Positions 37,693-52,433 of a stretch of DNA of 64,000 nucleotides are shown here, piece by piece. A model generated the notes under the pieces. It worked only from the letters and a program-made list of their open reading frames with translations. It searched no databases and was not told the DNA's origin. The position numbers were made by a program, and so were the translations under genes. The DNA comes from Glycera tridactyla (Eukaryota): positions 38,502,001 through 38,566,000 of the forward strand of contig OZ286463.1 in assembly GCA_965644265.1 (NCBI GenBank), in the 5' to 3' direction. How positions within the stretch are numbered: the first letter of the stretch is position 1; the number at the start of each line of letters is the position of its first letter.

Positions 37693-37760
37693 TGATCATA
37701 TTTTCAGACGTTCTGCTTCATCTCGAATCTGATCATATTTCCAGACGTTCTGCTTCATCT
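37693..37760. repeat. 37-bp tandem duplication
   Basis: TGATCATATTT(T/C)CAGACGTTCTGCTTCATCT at 37693 and 37730. Confidence 0.9.
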
Positions 37761-38909
37761 AATTGGCATCACTCGAATTTGTGGAACAGCATTGTCAGAA
37801 AGGTATTAGCTCATCAGATGGGAGGGCATGTTCACGTACCATAGTGACTCACAACATCATTTTCGTCAAGATTTACATGATTCTCACTGAAGTGCGGGTT
37901 CTGTAATGCATTCCACAGCAAACATCGAGTGCAGACCCTTCGAAGGCAAATGTATTATCATCCTTCAAAGATGCATCAATAGGGGTTGGTCGTTTTGGCA
38001 TTCATTATGTAAGCATTGTGCAAGAGATGGTTTGTTAACTATCCCCATGAACATTTTGAGGTGTGAACACTGGAGCATGACTCAGGTATCACGTGATCAG
38101 AATCCACAAGATCACAAGAGAGGATGAACACCCTGGCCCTGACTGTGTGGATGCTGGTACGGCCTGGTCTCATAGGCGAGTAGCCACCCATGCCTATTTA
38201 CATAGATGTGGGCAAATACTCTTATTTCATCATACAACTGTGTAATTACCAATTTTCGTAATGAAGAACAAGAATGCCCACGAATTTTTACTGACCACTT
38301 TACATACTTTACTGAGCACTTTTCATACCCTCTGACGGTAGTGAACAGCTTGTTCATCAATGTGTGCTCTAATTAGGGAGACAATCGGTGTGTGGTCAAT
38401 GAATCGGTCAGGGGAGTTTGTCGAAAGGATTACCCACTGTTCACCGCTAGCACATTTGATATGTGGTAGTGGAGATTAAGTGAGTGGAGTGTAACCTCAT
38501 GTCATGGGGATAGCCCCTGCTTCTCCCTTCCCCGAGCCATATGAAAATTCCTATTAAGAAGTCATGTTGACATTCGATCTGTGGTCCGGGTTGGGGGTGG
38601 TGGTGTCACATAATCAGTATACAAGTCCCCTTCGCCTAACCATTCATCGAATAAATGACCATGAACCACTTTGCATCTAAACAATATCTTCTTCACTTAG
38701 ATTTGTGGTTATGACGGGGTTATGCAGTCTATGCCAAAAGGGCTGGAGATCGAGTCAATCTGCGAGAGGGGTACATGGGGTGGGGATGCTGTATTGACGC
38801 ACTTACGGCATCACCTGCTCCCACAAATCACCCCACATGTCAGAGACCCGAGATAAGCACTTGCATCAACGACCCACTCTTAACAGACTCTCCTGGCATG
38901 TTGAGATGA

Positions 38910-39147
38910 AACTGTCAAACCTGCCCCGAGACCACCTCTATGTGAAGACCACCTCTATCCAAAGACCACCTGCATATGAAAGCCAAACTAAACTATGACC
39001 TACATAATGTTTCATACATTGAACAATCTCCAAGAGACCACCTACCTACAATGAATGATATTCAAAGCAACCAAAGGCTATCTGTCTCTACAACCACTTC
39101 CTGAAGCAACAAAGGGTGGTCTTTGTGGGCAAGTGTATCGAAGTGTA
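38910..39147. mobile_element. Degenerate Tigger/pogo-like MITE, related to the element at 52258
   Basis: Begins ACTGTCAAACCTG and contains repeated GACCACCT motifs. It ends GGGTGGTCTTTGTGGGCAAGTG...GTGTA, a degenerate form of the expected right TIR. Confidence 0.55.
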
Positions 39148-39344
39148 TCTTTCATTTGCGATGCCATTTTTGGATTGATGCACACGAACACGCACACACA
39201 TACCCATCCCATTCAGAAAAATTGGAATATAATGGCATCAGCATTATGATGCATAGAGTAAAGCCTCCTATGAGCGACCGGGTCTCTTTGTGAGATTTCC
39301 CAAGTTTCGGCTTTTTCGGAAAGTGTTAACTACTTCAATGAAAC

Positions 39345-39500
39345 ACACACACACACACACTCAAACACATTGAGCTGTCTGTCCCTGTCTCTGTCTATTT
39401 CTCTCTCTCTTCGCCCCCTTTCTCACCCATCTGTTTAGATGTATGCATGAGAGTGACTGACAAACAGACAGACATACGGACGTACTGACGGACGGACGGA
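39345..39500. repeat. Compound microsatellite region (CA, CT, GACA, GGAC)
   Basis: Direct inspection. Confidence 0.85.
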
Positions 39501-40759
39501 TGGACCCGTGCACGTTTGTGTGCGTGTTCGTTTTTGGGAAGTGGGTGAGGTATTCTACTAAAGGAAACACCTATGATTTATCTTGTGAGTATATCGCTCA
39601 GCTTGTCGGCTGATCATTCGTGCAATTGTTCCGGTGACACGCAGAGAGAGTCTCGAGACGCGACAGGTGCATCCACTCATCTCCATCGTGTCGTCACCAA
39701 TCTTCAGTGGGTCTTCCAAGCCGCAGCAAGTCTTACATTTCAGACGACCGAATGCGTAGAAAAATGTCTTCTTCAAATTAGGGTGCCTTGGCGAGTGTGA
39801 TCACGCACTGTAGCCGTCAATTTGTCTTCTTCAACCTAAAGAATACCGGAGTGTCTCACAGCCAACACTGTTTACCGAGGACGCCAGTTATCATCGTTAT
39901 GGCGAAGCAGAATAGTTCAAGATACCTTCACCATCTCTAACCTTTTCAGACCGATTATGACATATTGCTACATTTATCGTAGGGTGGCATTGAGATGTAC
40001 AGCCTATGACTGCTGAATCTTCAACACACACCAAAGCAGATCCACGTATACACCACAACCACCGCAGAACGGATTTGTTGTTTCACTCACCTCATGAGAG
40101 AAGGCCAAGAGATAGATGTTGAGCAGCTCCAAATCAATTCATGAGAAGTGAAAAAAATATGATGATTCTCACGAATGCTTTGATTGATAGATTTGTTTGT
40201 ATTACAAATATTGGCCTTGACATTGAATCATAGGGGTAATTCAGACCTGTTACTGGATGGAAAGTACTGACCAGGGTTTGTGATTACAGATATAGTCACT
40301 GAAGTTCGTTTCATTGACTTTCAGAATGATGGTTTCACTGCTGACCTACTGTTATCATCTTCTGCCTTCGTTATGCATTGCAACTACTGCCTCAATTAAG
40401 TCTATAAACGTCTTAAAAAGTTTATTTTCATACACCTATCATTCGATTGATGTTCCGATCGTAAAGGACGAATCAAATAAGAGACTGCCTCTGATGCAGT
40501 GCCGCGACCAAAATGACCAGCCGAAAGCTTCACTTCTGGAATGTCAATGTCTCTGAGATCTCTATATTTCTCTAACATGCATTACTTCAATTACTACGTG
40601 TATCCTCAATGATGTTTACAGAATATATGATACTGAAGTGGTTATATACAGTTGGACATGAGAGGCGAGGGAGATATCACTATGGAACCTGGATAGCGAG
40701 TGACGACTGCAATTCAGCTCCTCTTGCCTTCAGGGCGAGCCAACTAGTTTATGTAGAGG

Positions 40760-41480
40760 TCCGTTGGATGGACGCGCCCAACCAGCCTATCGGTATGGCT
40801 AACACCATCTGTACTTTTTGTACAAGTTTGCCTCCTAAACCTCTGCACAACGGTCAACTGCAGGACCCCTGTTGTGATGAATCATACCAACTTGATGTTT
40901 CGGGAAAATGTGGATGATCTTGTGTGACATTCTTCGAAATACTAATGATTGTGAATATCTTCAAAGGTTGTTTTGAGAGTACATTCTTTAGATTCAGCAT
41001 CTCCAAAATGCGAATTGGATCGAATTGACCATCTGCTGCAACCAGGAACCCTATTTCGATGAATTACAATCACATATTCGCCCTAGGCGGGTCAAATATA
41101 CCAATTCATGGTTCTATAATGAAGGTTGTGGTCGTACATGCACATTGACTTGCCGACAATGTCAGCAGATTCGCTGTTTGAATGGCATGGAAATGGAGCG
41201 CACTCTCTTCAAAAGTATGTGAGCATTCTGGAATCGGATTCAATGAGATACTATAAAATCACGTCGTATCATTAGGGCATGGTGAAGTCAAAAATGAATC
41301 TGCCGAACTACAATATTTTGAAGGAGTGTCCAGAGTATGACCACCAAGAAGAGGAAGTGGTTAATGTGGAAGTTGTTGGGAGATTCATGACCTGTCAACC
41401 GACTACCAAGAAAATGGATGAGAACTATGGTGTGGCCAGACACACCAGACCTATCAGACAACTGCAGCAACGAGTACATC
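40760..41480 (+). mobile_element. Decayed non-LTR retrotransposon RT and C-terminal region (RTE-like)
   Basis: LTPSVLFV...NLMFRENVDDLV*HSS (cf. LSP.LF...L.YADD). Downstream: SRRIIRAW...KKRKWLMW...NRLPRK (cf. LRRIL.I.W...RR..W.GH...RLP). Many stops. Confidence 0.5.
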
Positions 41481-44400
41481 ACGATTTATCTCTTCCATAT
41501 AGCTTCAGAACAAGCTACTCTAGATGGCAGACAAAACCACACTCTTTCCGCAAAAAATCCATATGTATATGTGAGGTGATGCGGATCAACCCTATTAGCA
41601 ACACTTGCTAGTCCTCATAAAGATTTTCATGATTTATATCAGACCTTTTTCATGAGCTAATCACATTTTGTCTGTCATTCCGTCGGTTGTGCTATGATCG
41701 GCTCTCAATAGTAACACCACCCTAACACGATGCTCCCTCATTCCACAACCACGATGGATGAAGCACTCACAAAACAATCACGTTTCTACCTCAATCTTGC
41801 GATACATCATTTCGCTGTCATTATATGTGAAAGTAACATCCAGACACCCTGTGGATGAATACTGGAGACAGTCTGTCTTAAAAAATTCTTGTCTAACCTG
41901 TTAACTTATGGTTTGCCAATTTGTAAATCCAGTTGACTATTACACAATGTCTCATAATCATGAATCCGATGACCTCGTCCATAGTTTGCAGGCCCTCGAA
42001 CAACGATGTATGACCTGTATTTCTGTGAAAATATGGAGCCAACAGTGCGTAAATGTAAATACAGACATGTTATGACTGTGATAAGCTCTACCCATCCCAT
42101 ATGTATTTGATATGGATAGGTATGATCTAGTGTATAGGTTCTCATCATAGTACAACACATGTGGCGAGTTAGGTGCAAACACTCAGGTTCTCAACCGAGC
42201 TGCAATGTTCACACCAGTGAGCAGGGCTCCTCCACAGAAGGGTGACCGAAATGGACAAGGTTCACCATCCCATACCGGATCTGCGCCATTACACAGATCT
42301 GGCTCCACTCATAAAGGAGCCACGCGACCGAAACTGACTACCGTTATCAATGTCATATTCATGAACCTGTCACAGTCTCCCGAGCTCAACGGAGAAATTT
42401 AATGCAGACAGTGGGGTAGAACATTCAACTGCTCCTTGACTACTCACAGATATGTTCAACCCCCTCTTGGAGTATTCATGCAACAAGGGGGTTGAGGAAC
42501 GGCCACTGGGAACAAAACTAACTGGGAAGATGAGATCAGAAGGAATGAAAGTAACCCCTCCCCAGGTTCAGTGATTTGACCTTGATGTTAAACCCTTACC
42601 TGACCAATACGACCTAATCACCACCTCGTGATCATCATGTACTCATCGGAATCGCTCAAAATCAATTTCACCAAAATAGAGGCCCAAAGTGAAATATACT
42701 ACTGGCTAGTTGCTTTGGTACTCTGTATTCAGCCTGCACCGCACTTCTCACAAGTATTGTTTTCTCTCAATATGCGCTCAGTATGATGAGTTTTGCGGAC
42801 GATATAAGTAGTTTATCATTACACAATGATCCTATGTCCACTCCCGATTGATTGGATATTCAAGCGGTTTATCTCACTCGGGATGTCCTTCGATAAACGC
42901 TGCCCAAAGCATTATAGGGACGAGGAAGATATGTTCGCGCCGGGATGAATCTCGGACTAGATATACTTCTCGACAGCAAAAGCATTTAATTCCTCGAGCC
43001 GGCGACTGTACATTAATTGGATCCCAGAATGAACTTTTCGGAATATCTCAAATGACCTAGGGCTATGTAAAGTGAACAGTCCAATTCTATAGTCTTTTGC
43101 ACCAAATGGTCGGTTGTTACCGCTTGAAACGAACATGACACATGGACTACATTATACCGATATGAGTGTGTTTAAAGTTTGGCCTGGTGAGGTTGCCGAC
43201 TCATTCTCTGGGTGAAACCAAATCAGCTCTCACTACTGCGGGGTGGGCCGACCGAGAGAACATAGTAGGATTTGTGTACACATCTGAAACTTAGGCTCGG
43301 ATTCTCAGCGCAAGCTCAGATACGTGACACGTGACTGCCAGTACTCATATTCACATTTTTTTATTTCATCAATGATTTGATCCAGCTAAAAACAGTATTA
43401 CTCATGTGAAGATACTTGTCTTTTGTCAGCATGAACCCAAATATGGTATGCTATCACAAGAGTGATCAATTCAATTTCTAGAATGGTTTCAACGGAATCC
43501 AGCTTTCTGATAGTTTCATTGAGATCAGTGATATCGTACCAATTTGGCAGTATTCACAACATAAGCAGCGAGAATTAGATATTGAACATAGTGATTTAGC
43601 CATCTTTTGGATCCATACTTTTTCAGTATTTGGGCATCGATATCATATCAGTAAGGTCACCAGTGAATCCATGACGTGAACGTCGATTGTGATGCCAGAA
43701 GTCGATGGATGGTTGCCGTAGCTGATGGGTACATCTGATGATATTCATTTCGAGAGTAATACCTTCAAAATCACATGGAGTCTCTATATGGAGTCGCCTG
43801 GAAAGCAGAGAATATCATGTGTCGGACTAGTGACCGAACAAATGAGAAATACACAATCATTCTCAGCAGATCTATGGTATTTGTGCACAGGGCATATATT
43901 GGAAGTCAAAGTTCTGAACAGACAGAGACAGATACGAGACAGCCCAGTCCTATCTCCTAAATTCTTTCATACAGCGTAATTTCAGAGCCGTGGTACCACC
44001 CAAATCACCCCCTTCCATCACATCGTATGGGTAGATTGCATTCGAGGGTGCTTTAGGAGAATTACCCTGAGTTTATCCTGTAACCTTCAACACGGGACGG
44101 AATAAAATGCAATTTGCGCATGCACAAATGGCGTCGAGTCGATCACCAGAAACCAAATGACTATAGAGCATGGTTTTGGGGAGAGACTTATCCGAAGACA
44201 TCACGATACCGCATTGTGAATTTCGGCATCATGGGTGCTGCCTTATATATGAGGCTTCATTGGCTTTATAATCTATATTATGGCGATGAGTGACCTGCTC
44301 ATCTCCACACCAAAATGTTTTCCATTACATAATCCGAATGCCCAATTATGTATTGAACACATAATATAACGTTAACAAATGCAAATCATATATGGCAGAA

Positions 44401-46466
44401 AGGATAAATATGCACCATAAATATGTACATTTGCTACATATTTCTTAATGTTCGACTATGAAGTTGAGCAATATACATATTGCCCGGGTGATAAACTATG
44501 CCAAGGAATGGACATCCACGTAGAGCTCTTCCCCTGAGTATATTCATCCATGCTATTAGGCTGATTATATTTGAAATTATATGGATGGTCAAATATGAAC
44601 AGGGATCAGGGTCGGCATTCACTGAACGCCACTGTAATGTCATACAGAATATAATCTAAATATTGTCTCCAAACACGATGGTCGATAATCTGCTGTCATA
44701 CAGACCGTGTTTGAATACATTCAAACTGGTAGTATCTTTCATTTTTGGTGAGAGTACATTGTAGTTTCTGGCACCACTGACACATAATCTCTTGTCACCA
44801 GACCTAATAGAATTGAAAACCTCCTGTGGAAATCCGGATTGTTAGCTCCTGGTGTCATAACAACTCAAACCTCGGAGATTGTGTTTGAAAGTGCAGGATG
44901 CATATCGTGTATGCACCTAAGTGCGCATGTTGCTAAGTGGTCTCTCACTCAACTTAAGGTATTGTATTTCACTCACAGTGAATATTTGGTTCTGTGAAAT
45001 AAGTCAGCATACAGCATTTTGTATCTTATGCAGTCGTAACTGGCTGTTTGCTCTAGTGGTGTTATAAGTCACATTGCCATAATCTGAAATAAGTAAAACC
45101 AAACAGTCATATAGCATATGTGCTGTTTGCTGCTTATATGCCTGCGGGCCTTTCCTATGATAGAGAGCTTGTACATACAATTCATAGCTATTTGAAGTTA
45201 TCCACCTTTTCTAATAATTCATCATCCATGGCTAAATTTGAGAGAGGGTCAGGTAAGCTTTTGGCATGGAGGGCGACGTAGCCTGGGAATCAAGTCTTAT
45301 GTAGGTGGAAACATCGATATGATGAAGATTATGTCGGGAAAAATACTATACATTTATACCCTAGAACTCACTTATGTCTACCCTACGCTTCATAGAAGCA
45401 AGATATGAGATGGGGCAATGTGATCATGCCGATCTTCTATACCATGGGTGCTGGAAGAGTTCTGTGTGGCTTTGTGAATTCATTCTGGTACCGACACTTC
45501 GATGCAGGTCAGTTTATGTATCGATGTCGGTCGTGATGTCTTTCGGCAATAATCGATTTTGAGTTTTCTGTTCCAAGCCAGGATTCTATTCATTTCGGTC
45601 TCGTTTAACAATGGACCCAATCTCGGCCAAGTGAACAAATATTGGCGGATGGAGATGGATGTCCTACATCAAACAAAACAGCATGCTTTTCATGACTAAT
45701 CACCACCAGAATCCACCCACCCGAAAAAGCCCGACTTTATTTGCAACAGGTTCTCTACACGCTCAGAAGACATGATTATCACACCCAGGGTTCATCCAGG
45801 TCAGCATTTTATTTCAGAGACGATGAATAGCTCTTTCATGTACAGATCCCTAGAGTGAGAGCAGATGAAGCCATTGACCATATCACAACTCACCAAAAAA
45901 TACACCGATCGCCAGTCGTTTGTTTTTGAGTGTCTGCTTGAGATTGTTCGAATGCAATCCTTTATCAGTGATATACTTCTTCTAACTTCCTATGCGGTGT
46001 TAGTGGGTTACCTTGCATAAAACATATGGATAGAGTGTGGTTGAAGTTGGCATATTGTCTAATGGTATGGAATGTAGGTCGAAGGCGGAATTAACACCTG
46101 CTTCCCTCGAATGTATATATTGATTATATAGTTAACTATGCGATATTCATCTTGTGCTGAAAACAAGTAGCAACGGGAGGGTATTGCTGTTAGAAATCGA
46201 CCCTGAAATAGCAGTGTTATCGCAAAGAGCCATTAAAGTCACCTTGGAGGCTTTTGGATAAGTGCGCTCAGGAAGTCAATAGATAGGTCATATAGCTCTA
46301 GAACATTCAGGGTGTAATTTTAGATAGGATGAAGCTCGCACTCATTGCCTGAACTTTGCTTGTACTCCATTCCGGGATAATCAATGACCTTGATGTCACG
46401 CAAATATTCCTGTATTTGTTTAGAAAAATACTACGAACAAGATCGAAATCCACATAATTGCTTAAA

Positions 46467-46680
46467 AGGTAGGTAGGTAGATAGGCAGGTAGATAGGTAG
46501 GTAGATAGGTAGGTAGGTAAGTAGGTAGGCAGGCAGGAAGGAGGTGTGTATGCAGGTAACTTGATTGACAGGTAGGTGGATGGGTAAGTAGGTAGGGAGG
46601 TAGGAAGGAGGGTAGGTGGGTAGGTAGGTGGGTGGGTAGTTAGGTAGGTAGGTAGGTAGATAGACAGGTAGGTAAGTAGG
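46467..46680. repeat. (GGTA)n-type tetranucleotide microsatellite region
   Basis: aggtaggtaggtagataggcaggtag... This accounts for the 'YLPTYL' ORF 46431-46754. Confidence 0.93.
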
Positions 46681-48731
46681 TTGAGAGTTAGGAAATGTTG
46701 CACTACTACAGCTACTACTATCATTACCACTAGGGCAAAATTTTGAAGGTTCATGAGGGTTTCACGAGTTCATATATCTGAAATCATAGAGGCCTCAAAA
46801 GTTCTATTAAGCCTTGAGGACATTTTCAAGAAAAATCATCGATATAAGTATGTAAATAGAGCTGCTCCTTTTCTGGGACGGACATGGGACATAGAAAATT
46901 CATAGACGCACATAGAAGGTCCCCAAATTCATTTTCTGAGCAAACATCCATCCATCCAACCATTTGCACGTCGATCCACCGGATAGAAAGAGCAGATGTC
47001 ATCCCCTGATCTGGCGTTGCCATAATCATGTATTGCTCTGAGATATATATCGTGCTGGTGTGAACCTTTTTGTACCTCAATCATGATGTTTACCTCTTGA
47101 TTTGATGGAGATAGAATGTTCAGTAACATTGTTCGTGGATATTACTATCATGCCAGTCTCTATAAGGTGTATGATCATCACGGACCGAGATACTATCACA
47201 TACAGGTCAAAATTCTATTGTCACCTCATTAAATGTAGCCGAGCAGAATATTCCCAAGCTCATCAGCTAATGCAAGACCAGCAACGGACCCATCGTCGGA
47301 AATAACGCCCCATTAAGCTCACATTGCATGGGCCTCACTGAAATCATTTGCGAGCAATTGTGGAAGCAGCAGGCATTGATAATGCAGATTACTGATGCGC
47401 CGACGACCCACTCGGGTGTGCACATAACTTCACATAAACACATGGCATCCTTCATTCAGGTAAACGAACGCCCTCCGCGCCAAACTCAATGAACGAGATC
47501 TGTTCTCGATTAGCGTCATTTATTCTGTCATTTTTCTATCCAACAGAAATACGAAGCATATATAGTTTCTGTGTGTATCTTCCTCGGAATGAGCGAGATG
47601 ATGGGTGTGGGAAATATGATGTCTCATCAAATGATGATGGAGTGGAAGCGGTTGATTCTCTCATGTGAGAAAATACTCTCGGCTTTTTTTCTAATATCAT
47701 TACATGGACTGGGAAAAAAATGCATCAGCTGGATTTCCGGCGATCGCAGAATTGATGTTCATTCCCAGGCATCGGATGGCGGACACATATCATCAGGCGA
47801 ATCTGTGAGCAAAGAACGTCGAGCCCTTTTTGTGATGATGGTTGGATCCTCGTGAAGTGTGCCAATAGTGGCCCCCACAATAATTGAGGTGACAGTTCAT
47901 CTTTCATCGTATTCCTAGCTTTCCAGACCTCGGCATGTCTATCCTGGATGGCCCTATAGTAATCGACCCTTCTCAACACCCTCCACTCTCTCCCCATCCG
48001 TCTTTTTCATGTCTCCATTTGCATTCTTCCTTCCTCTACGCCTTCTCCATTTCCATCTCCATCCTCTTCTCTTGATATCTTTTCCTCATCCATCACATCG
48101 AAATTCCATATTGAGTGAGAGAAGGCCATGCCCTACAGGTGTTTCCCTGTCCCAGATGCAATGTCTATGAGTATTTTACTGCTTCTTGCACAAACAATAA
48201 AATTGGGATATTTGTATTCCACATCCATGAAATCTTCAAACCTGTGACATACGTGTACTTTCGCACGTACGACTCCACTCTGTATTTTTTTTTAGAAGCA
48301 GCAATGTATCGACCAGTCCATGCGAGTTCTGAAGACAACCAGTGCAACATTTGTGTTGTCCACGCACGTAGCCCAGTTTATTAGCGTAATTATGTGTGCA
48401 GGTCTGTATCTGTTTCCCGTGAGATCTTCCATGTTACTCATTTTGGCAAGAGATAGGAAATACTTGTATAATGACATGTTGTCCTTTTAGCCCCCTCTCG
48501 TTGCCCCCTCTCTTTGGATTCAATATACGATTCATTGAAACGGGGACAACTTACATTTGTCAGGCCCAGATTTTGATATTAGGAATGACAATATTGTTTG
48601 CAATACATCTGGGTAGTTGTGTCATTCGATATATTTTGCCCTGGGCACTTGTCACCACTCGAACAAGCAAGTTGGCAATTTTTCTTCGCTATCGTCATTG
48701 GCATCTTCATCGTCGTCGTGGTTGGTCGTGG

Positions 48732-48965
48732 NNNNNNNNNNNNNNNNNNNNNNNNNNNNNNNNNNNNNNNNNNNNNNNNNNNNNNNNNNNNNNNNNNNNN
48801 NNNNNNNNNNNNNNNNNNNNNNNNNNNNNNNNNNNNNNNNNNNNNNNNNNNNNNNNNNNNNNNNNNNNNNNNNNNNNNNNNNNNNNNNNNNNNNNNNNNN
48901 NNNNNNNNNNNNNNNNNNNNNNNNNNNNNNNNNNNNNNNNNNNNNNNNNNNNNNNNNNNNNNNNN
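48732..48965. other. Assembly gap (234 N)
   Basis: Run of N after a CGT/GGT simple repeat. Confidence 0.98.
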
Positions 48966-51900
48966 AGGCTACCGGCTTGAAGCCAATGCTCCCAGTCAGA
49001 CCTCGAAGCCTGGTAGCTCCTGGAGCGGAAATCCTAACCCAGCAAAAACGACCATAGTGCCCGCGATAATCCAATCAAAGCCACCGAGACACGTTCGGCT
49101 TCCCTTGCGATCTTGACCCTTGTTACTCCGTATCCTCAATCATTCATTCAGTCGCCGGCTACTGCGAACTGGTATGGTATCAGTAGGCCCAACTCTAACC
49201 GCGTGAGTGAAGGAATAGTTGATATACCAGTACAAAATCATTCATCACTCTTTCATAGTCATTCAAGTCGATGGTGTCAAACAAGGTGATATTGGAAGAT
49301 ATTGAGAGTTGCAGGGACAGAAATGCAATGTTCTTTTTTGTCTTTATGGATATTACACTCACTGCCAAAGAGCTGATGTATATCGAGATGGTGGGAAAAC
49401 ATCCAGGATGTTGAGGGGACGTGACATTCGGTAGAGTGAGTTCCCGGTGCCCACTCTGCTCCATCGGATACCAGTCAGTAGTGTTTTCTCTCATACGCTA
49501 GCTGGGTAGAACTCAGGCTTCAGCAATTTGCTACTCATTTAAGAAAAATCATGATTCCATAAAATAATCGGGTGATAATTGAAAGAGGGACCGGGGTCAT
49601 AGGTAGCTGATCGACGATTAGATTGGGACTGATGGGAGGCGGTAACCGATCCTAGCTGGTTCTATTAGAATCAGGTTGCGTGGGTGTGTGAGGACCATCC
49701 CACGTCAGTTTCCAGATTGACTTACTGGTATATTTCTAGACTTGATATATAGCAAGCGTGTCTATCAGTTCTACACCAAACATCCACATTTCTAGATCTG
49801 GAGTGTTAATTCAACGTGGAGCTGACCAGGTTGTGTTCCAAATGCAGTTGTCTGGCAGGTGCATGATCTGATAAGTTGTCGGATACTGAATCTTTGAATG
49901 TGTAAGCCCCAAATTGTGTCACTTTTGGCTTCTGAATAACACAAGCTGGGGATTATGTGATGCTGCTACAACTGTCCCGACTAGTATTTAACACCGTTAT
50001 ACTGGAAGTCATTAAGAAGCAGCGATGGATGGGGATCCAAATAAAATAGACCTCTCAAACTGTGAGGCCAATGATAATTTCCAAACAGGGAGCACACAAG
50101 GACCATGGTTATCTCGAAGCAGGGAGCAAACTGTGAGGACCGTGACCTTCTCCAAGCAGGGATACGAAAGATATCCCACAGTAGGGAGCACAGTAGGGAG
50201 CATATTTTAAGTCTAGGAACATACCATAAGGCCAAAAAGACCATTTCAGAAACAGGGAAGATATAATTGGTCATTACCTAATCATATTCCCTGATGAAAA
50301 ATAAGGAAATATAAGACACTTGCCACTATGATGGATGAAATGATAAGAATGTAGAATTCCTGGGTAACTGCGGTGGTCACCGTATTGTGGATATAAAACT
50401 TGGTCATACACACAGGCGCAAACATAACACCACACGTGAATAAAACCAGTCCCTTCCCCTTCCCATAGATGTGCAAACATCCACACACGTACAGACAGCA
50501 CTCCACATATGATTCAGTTGAAAATGATGAATGGCGGATGGCCAGTTAGTTACCCAACCACGAGGTGGGAGTTATGCCAAATAATAATCACCATAATGCA
50601 ACAAGCTCTCCATCAGTCATTCGCCGTCATTAACATTAGGGAACTTATTTTCTTTGTCGCCATGCTCTCTGTTCCAGATCTTCACCCACTCTCACTGCTC
50701 GATGCACAGCACACTGCCTGTGCATATCAAAGTGATTTCAGGACCAAGAATACAATCTTAAGCTGCGGCCTGCTAGAAAATTGCCGTGAGCGATAATAAC
50801 AGCCCAGGCACCGACCACTTGGCTCTATCACTCAAGGATTCGAAGACGGTCATACTGGTCTCAATGACAACCAAATGCACTGTATCATCATGAGAAACCA
50901 AACACACCCACTGATGGATACAACTTATGCGATCTATGTATTCTCGGTATTGATGGTGAGCTGCAAAGTTTGACAAAAGGAATTGCCTGTTGGTTCTTTT
51001 ATAAGCGTCTCAAATGTCATGACGGATGACTTGACATAACAGCAAAACCTTCTCTTTCCCACGCCGGTCCAAGCAGCTCTCTTTGAATGAGACTCCTCAT
51101 GATTACAGGGTCAATAAGCAGGACACCCTCACTACCTTCCATCATTCTCTGTGATGGCTGACGGATAGATAGTCCAGGCCAAACTACGATTTGTGTACGA
51201 ATGGTTCAAACGAATAGAATCTGGCATGTATCCAATTGGCGCCTAATGTATTTGTCTTGAATATCTTGCATCTAAAAGTGAGAACCATACTGCAATACAG
51301 GTATTCGAATTATCAAGGAGGTAATATCTCCATATCTTTACGATCAACTCAAGCTCATCGGTCAAATTCCTCATGCTCAATTATTATGATAGTCTCGACT
51401 ATCTCGCATTTTGAAAGGGAATGAAATTGAATTAAGAAAAACTGCAAAGATGTCCTCATGGATCAATCGGTTCTCCCGGTTGAAACAACCAACTGGTCAT
51501 TACTTGTTGGTTTAATGATTCATTCTCAGCATCCACTCTCTCTGGTTGTCTCACAAGCACATTCGTCGATCGCCGTTTCTCTTACCTGATAACCTGCTCC
51601 GTATACCATATATGCGCAAAAGGGGTATGTTGAGTCTTGTGTTGCCGAGGCAAAGTCATCCATAAACAAGATTACCCAATGTGCGAGCTCTCATGGTCCC
51701 ATACCTGACAATTATAATATGTATATCACGTGAACACCATTCCCCATCCACACTCTCCAAATATAGCCCCATATCCTCCGTCCAATCCATCTCATATATA
51801 CGCCCATCTACACTCTACTCTTCTCACCGTATATATGTTTTCGTCAATGCTCAAGTAAATTCACCAGTTGTTGGTGATTGTCCTGCTCTGAATACGACAA

Positions 51901-52257
51901 GATGAATTGATCTGGGAATGCTTTTCGTCATATGACCACCTCTATGGTTCTTGGAAGCGAAGAGAATGGATACAGTGAGTTGGCAAGTGATGTTCGTAGT
52001 AATCAGCGGCTAAGTAGTCTCCGACACTAGTATTGAGCTGAATCATGTCAGCATTCAAATGCGTGCTTATCAATTCATAAATACGTCCAACTAATATTCA
52101 ACAAAAAAGCAGGCTAACGGCATGACACCTTTAGTATCTGTTAATCACATTACACGGGGTCTCAATATAGCCAAAGTGGTGCTCATGGGGAGTGACACAA
52201 ACGAAGAAACAACCCAACAGCAGATAGAGATCGATAGCTAATTGAGGTATCCTGATA

Positions 52258-52433
52258 CAGTTGAACCTGCTATAAAGGGCACCTGTATTAAGCAACCACC
52301 TGCCTTAAGCATCCACTTTTGAAAATCCCTCCAGAGTATTTCTCACTATGATTCACCTGTATTAGACAACCACCTGTCTTAAGCGACCACTTTTCACTGT
52401 CCCAAAGGTGGTTGCTGAATACAGGTTTGACTG
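52258..52433. mobile_element. 176-bp Tc1/mariner-superfamily (Tigger/pogo-like) MITE with TA target-site duplication
   Basis: TA|CAGTTGAACCTG ... CAGGTTTGACTG|TA: imperfect TIRs starting with CAG, and TA on both sides. The internal motif ACCTGTATTA..CAACCACCTG.CTTAAGC..CCACTTTT occurs twice (~52281 and ~52356). Confidence 0.88.

Noticed and set aside
36000-38350. Coding-like minus-strand region with DSDH, LLRQIW and GDD, possibly an RTE LINE
   Set aside because: Motifs are too weak and scattered to align by eye; this needs an HMM search.
46431-46754. 107-aa ORF rich in YLPT repeats
   Set aside because: It is a translation of the (GGTA)n microsatellite.
49255-49360. GVKQGD followed by FFVFMD (RT-like)
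   Set aside because: Two short motifs in different frames, insufficient for a feature call.
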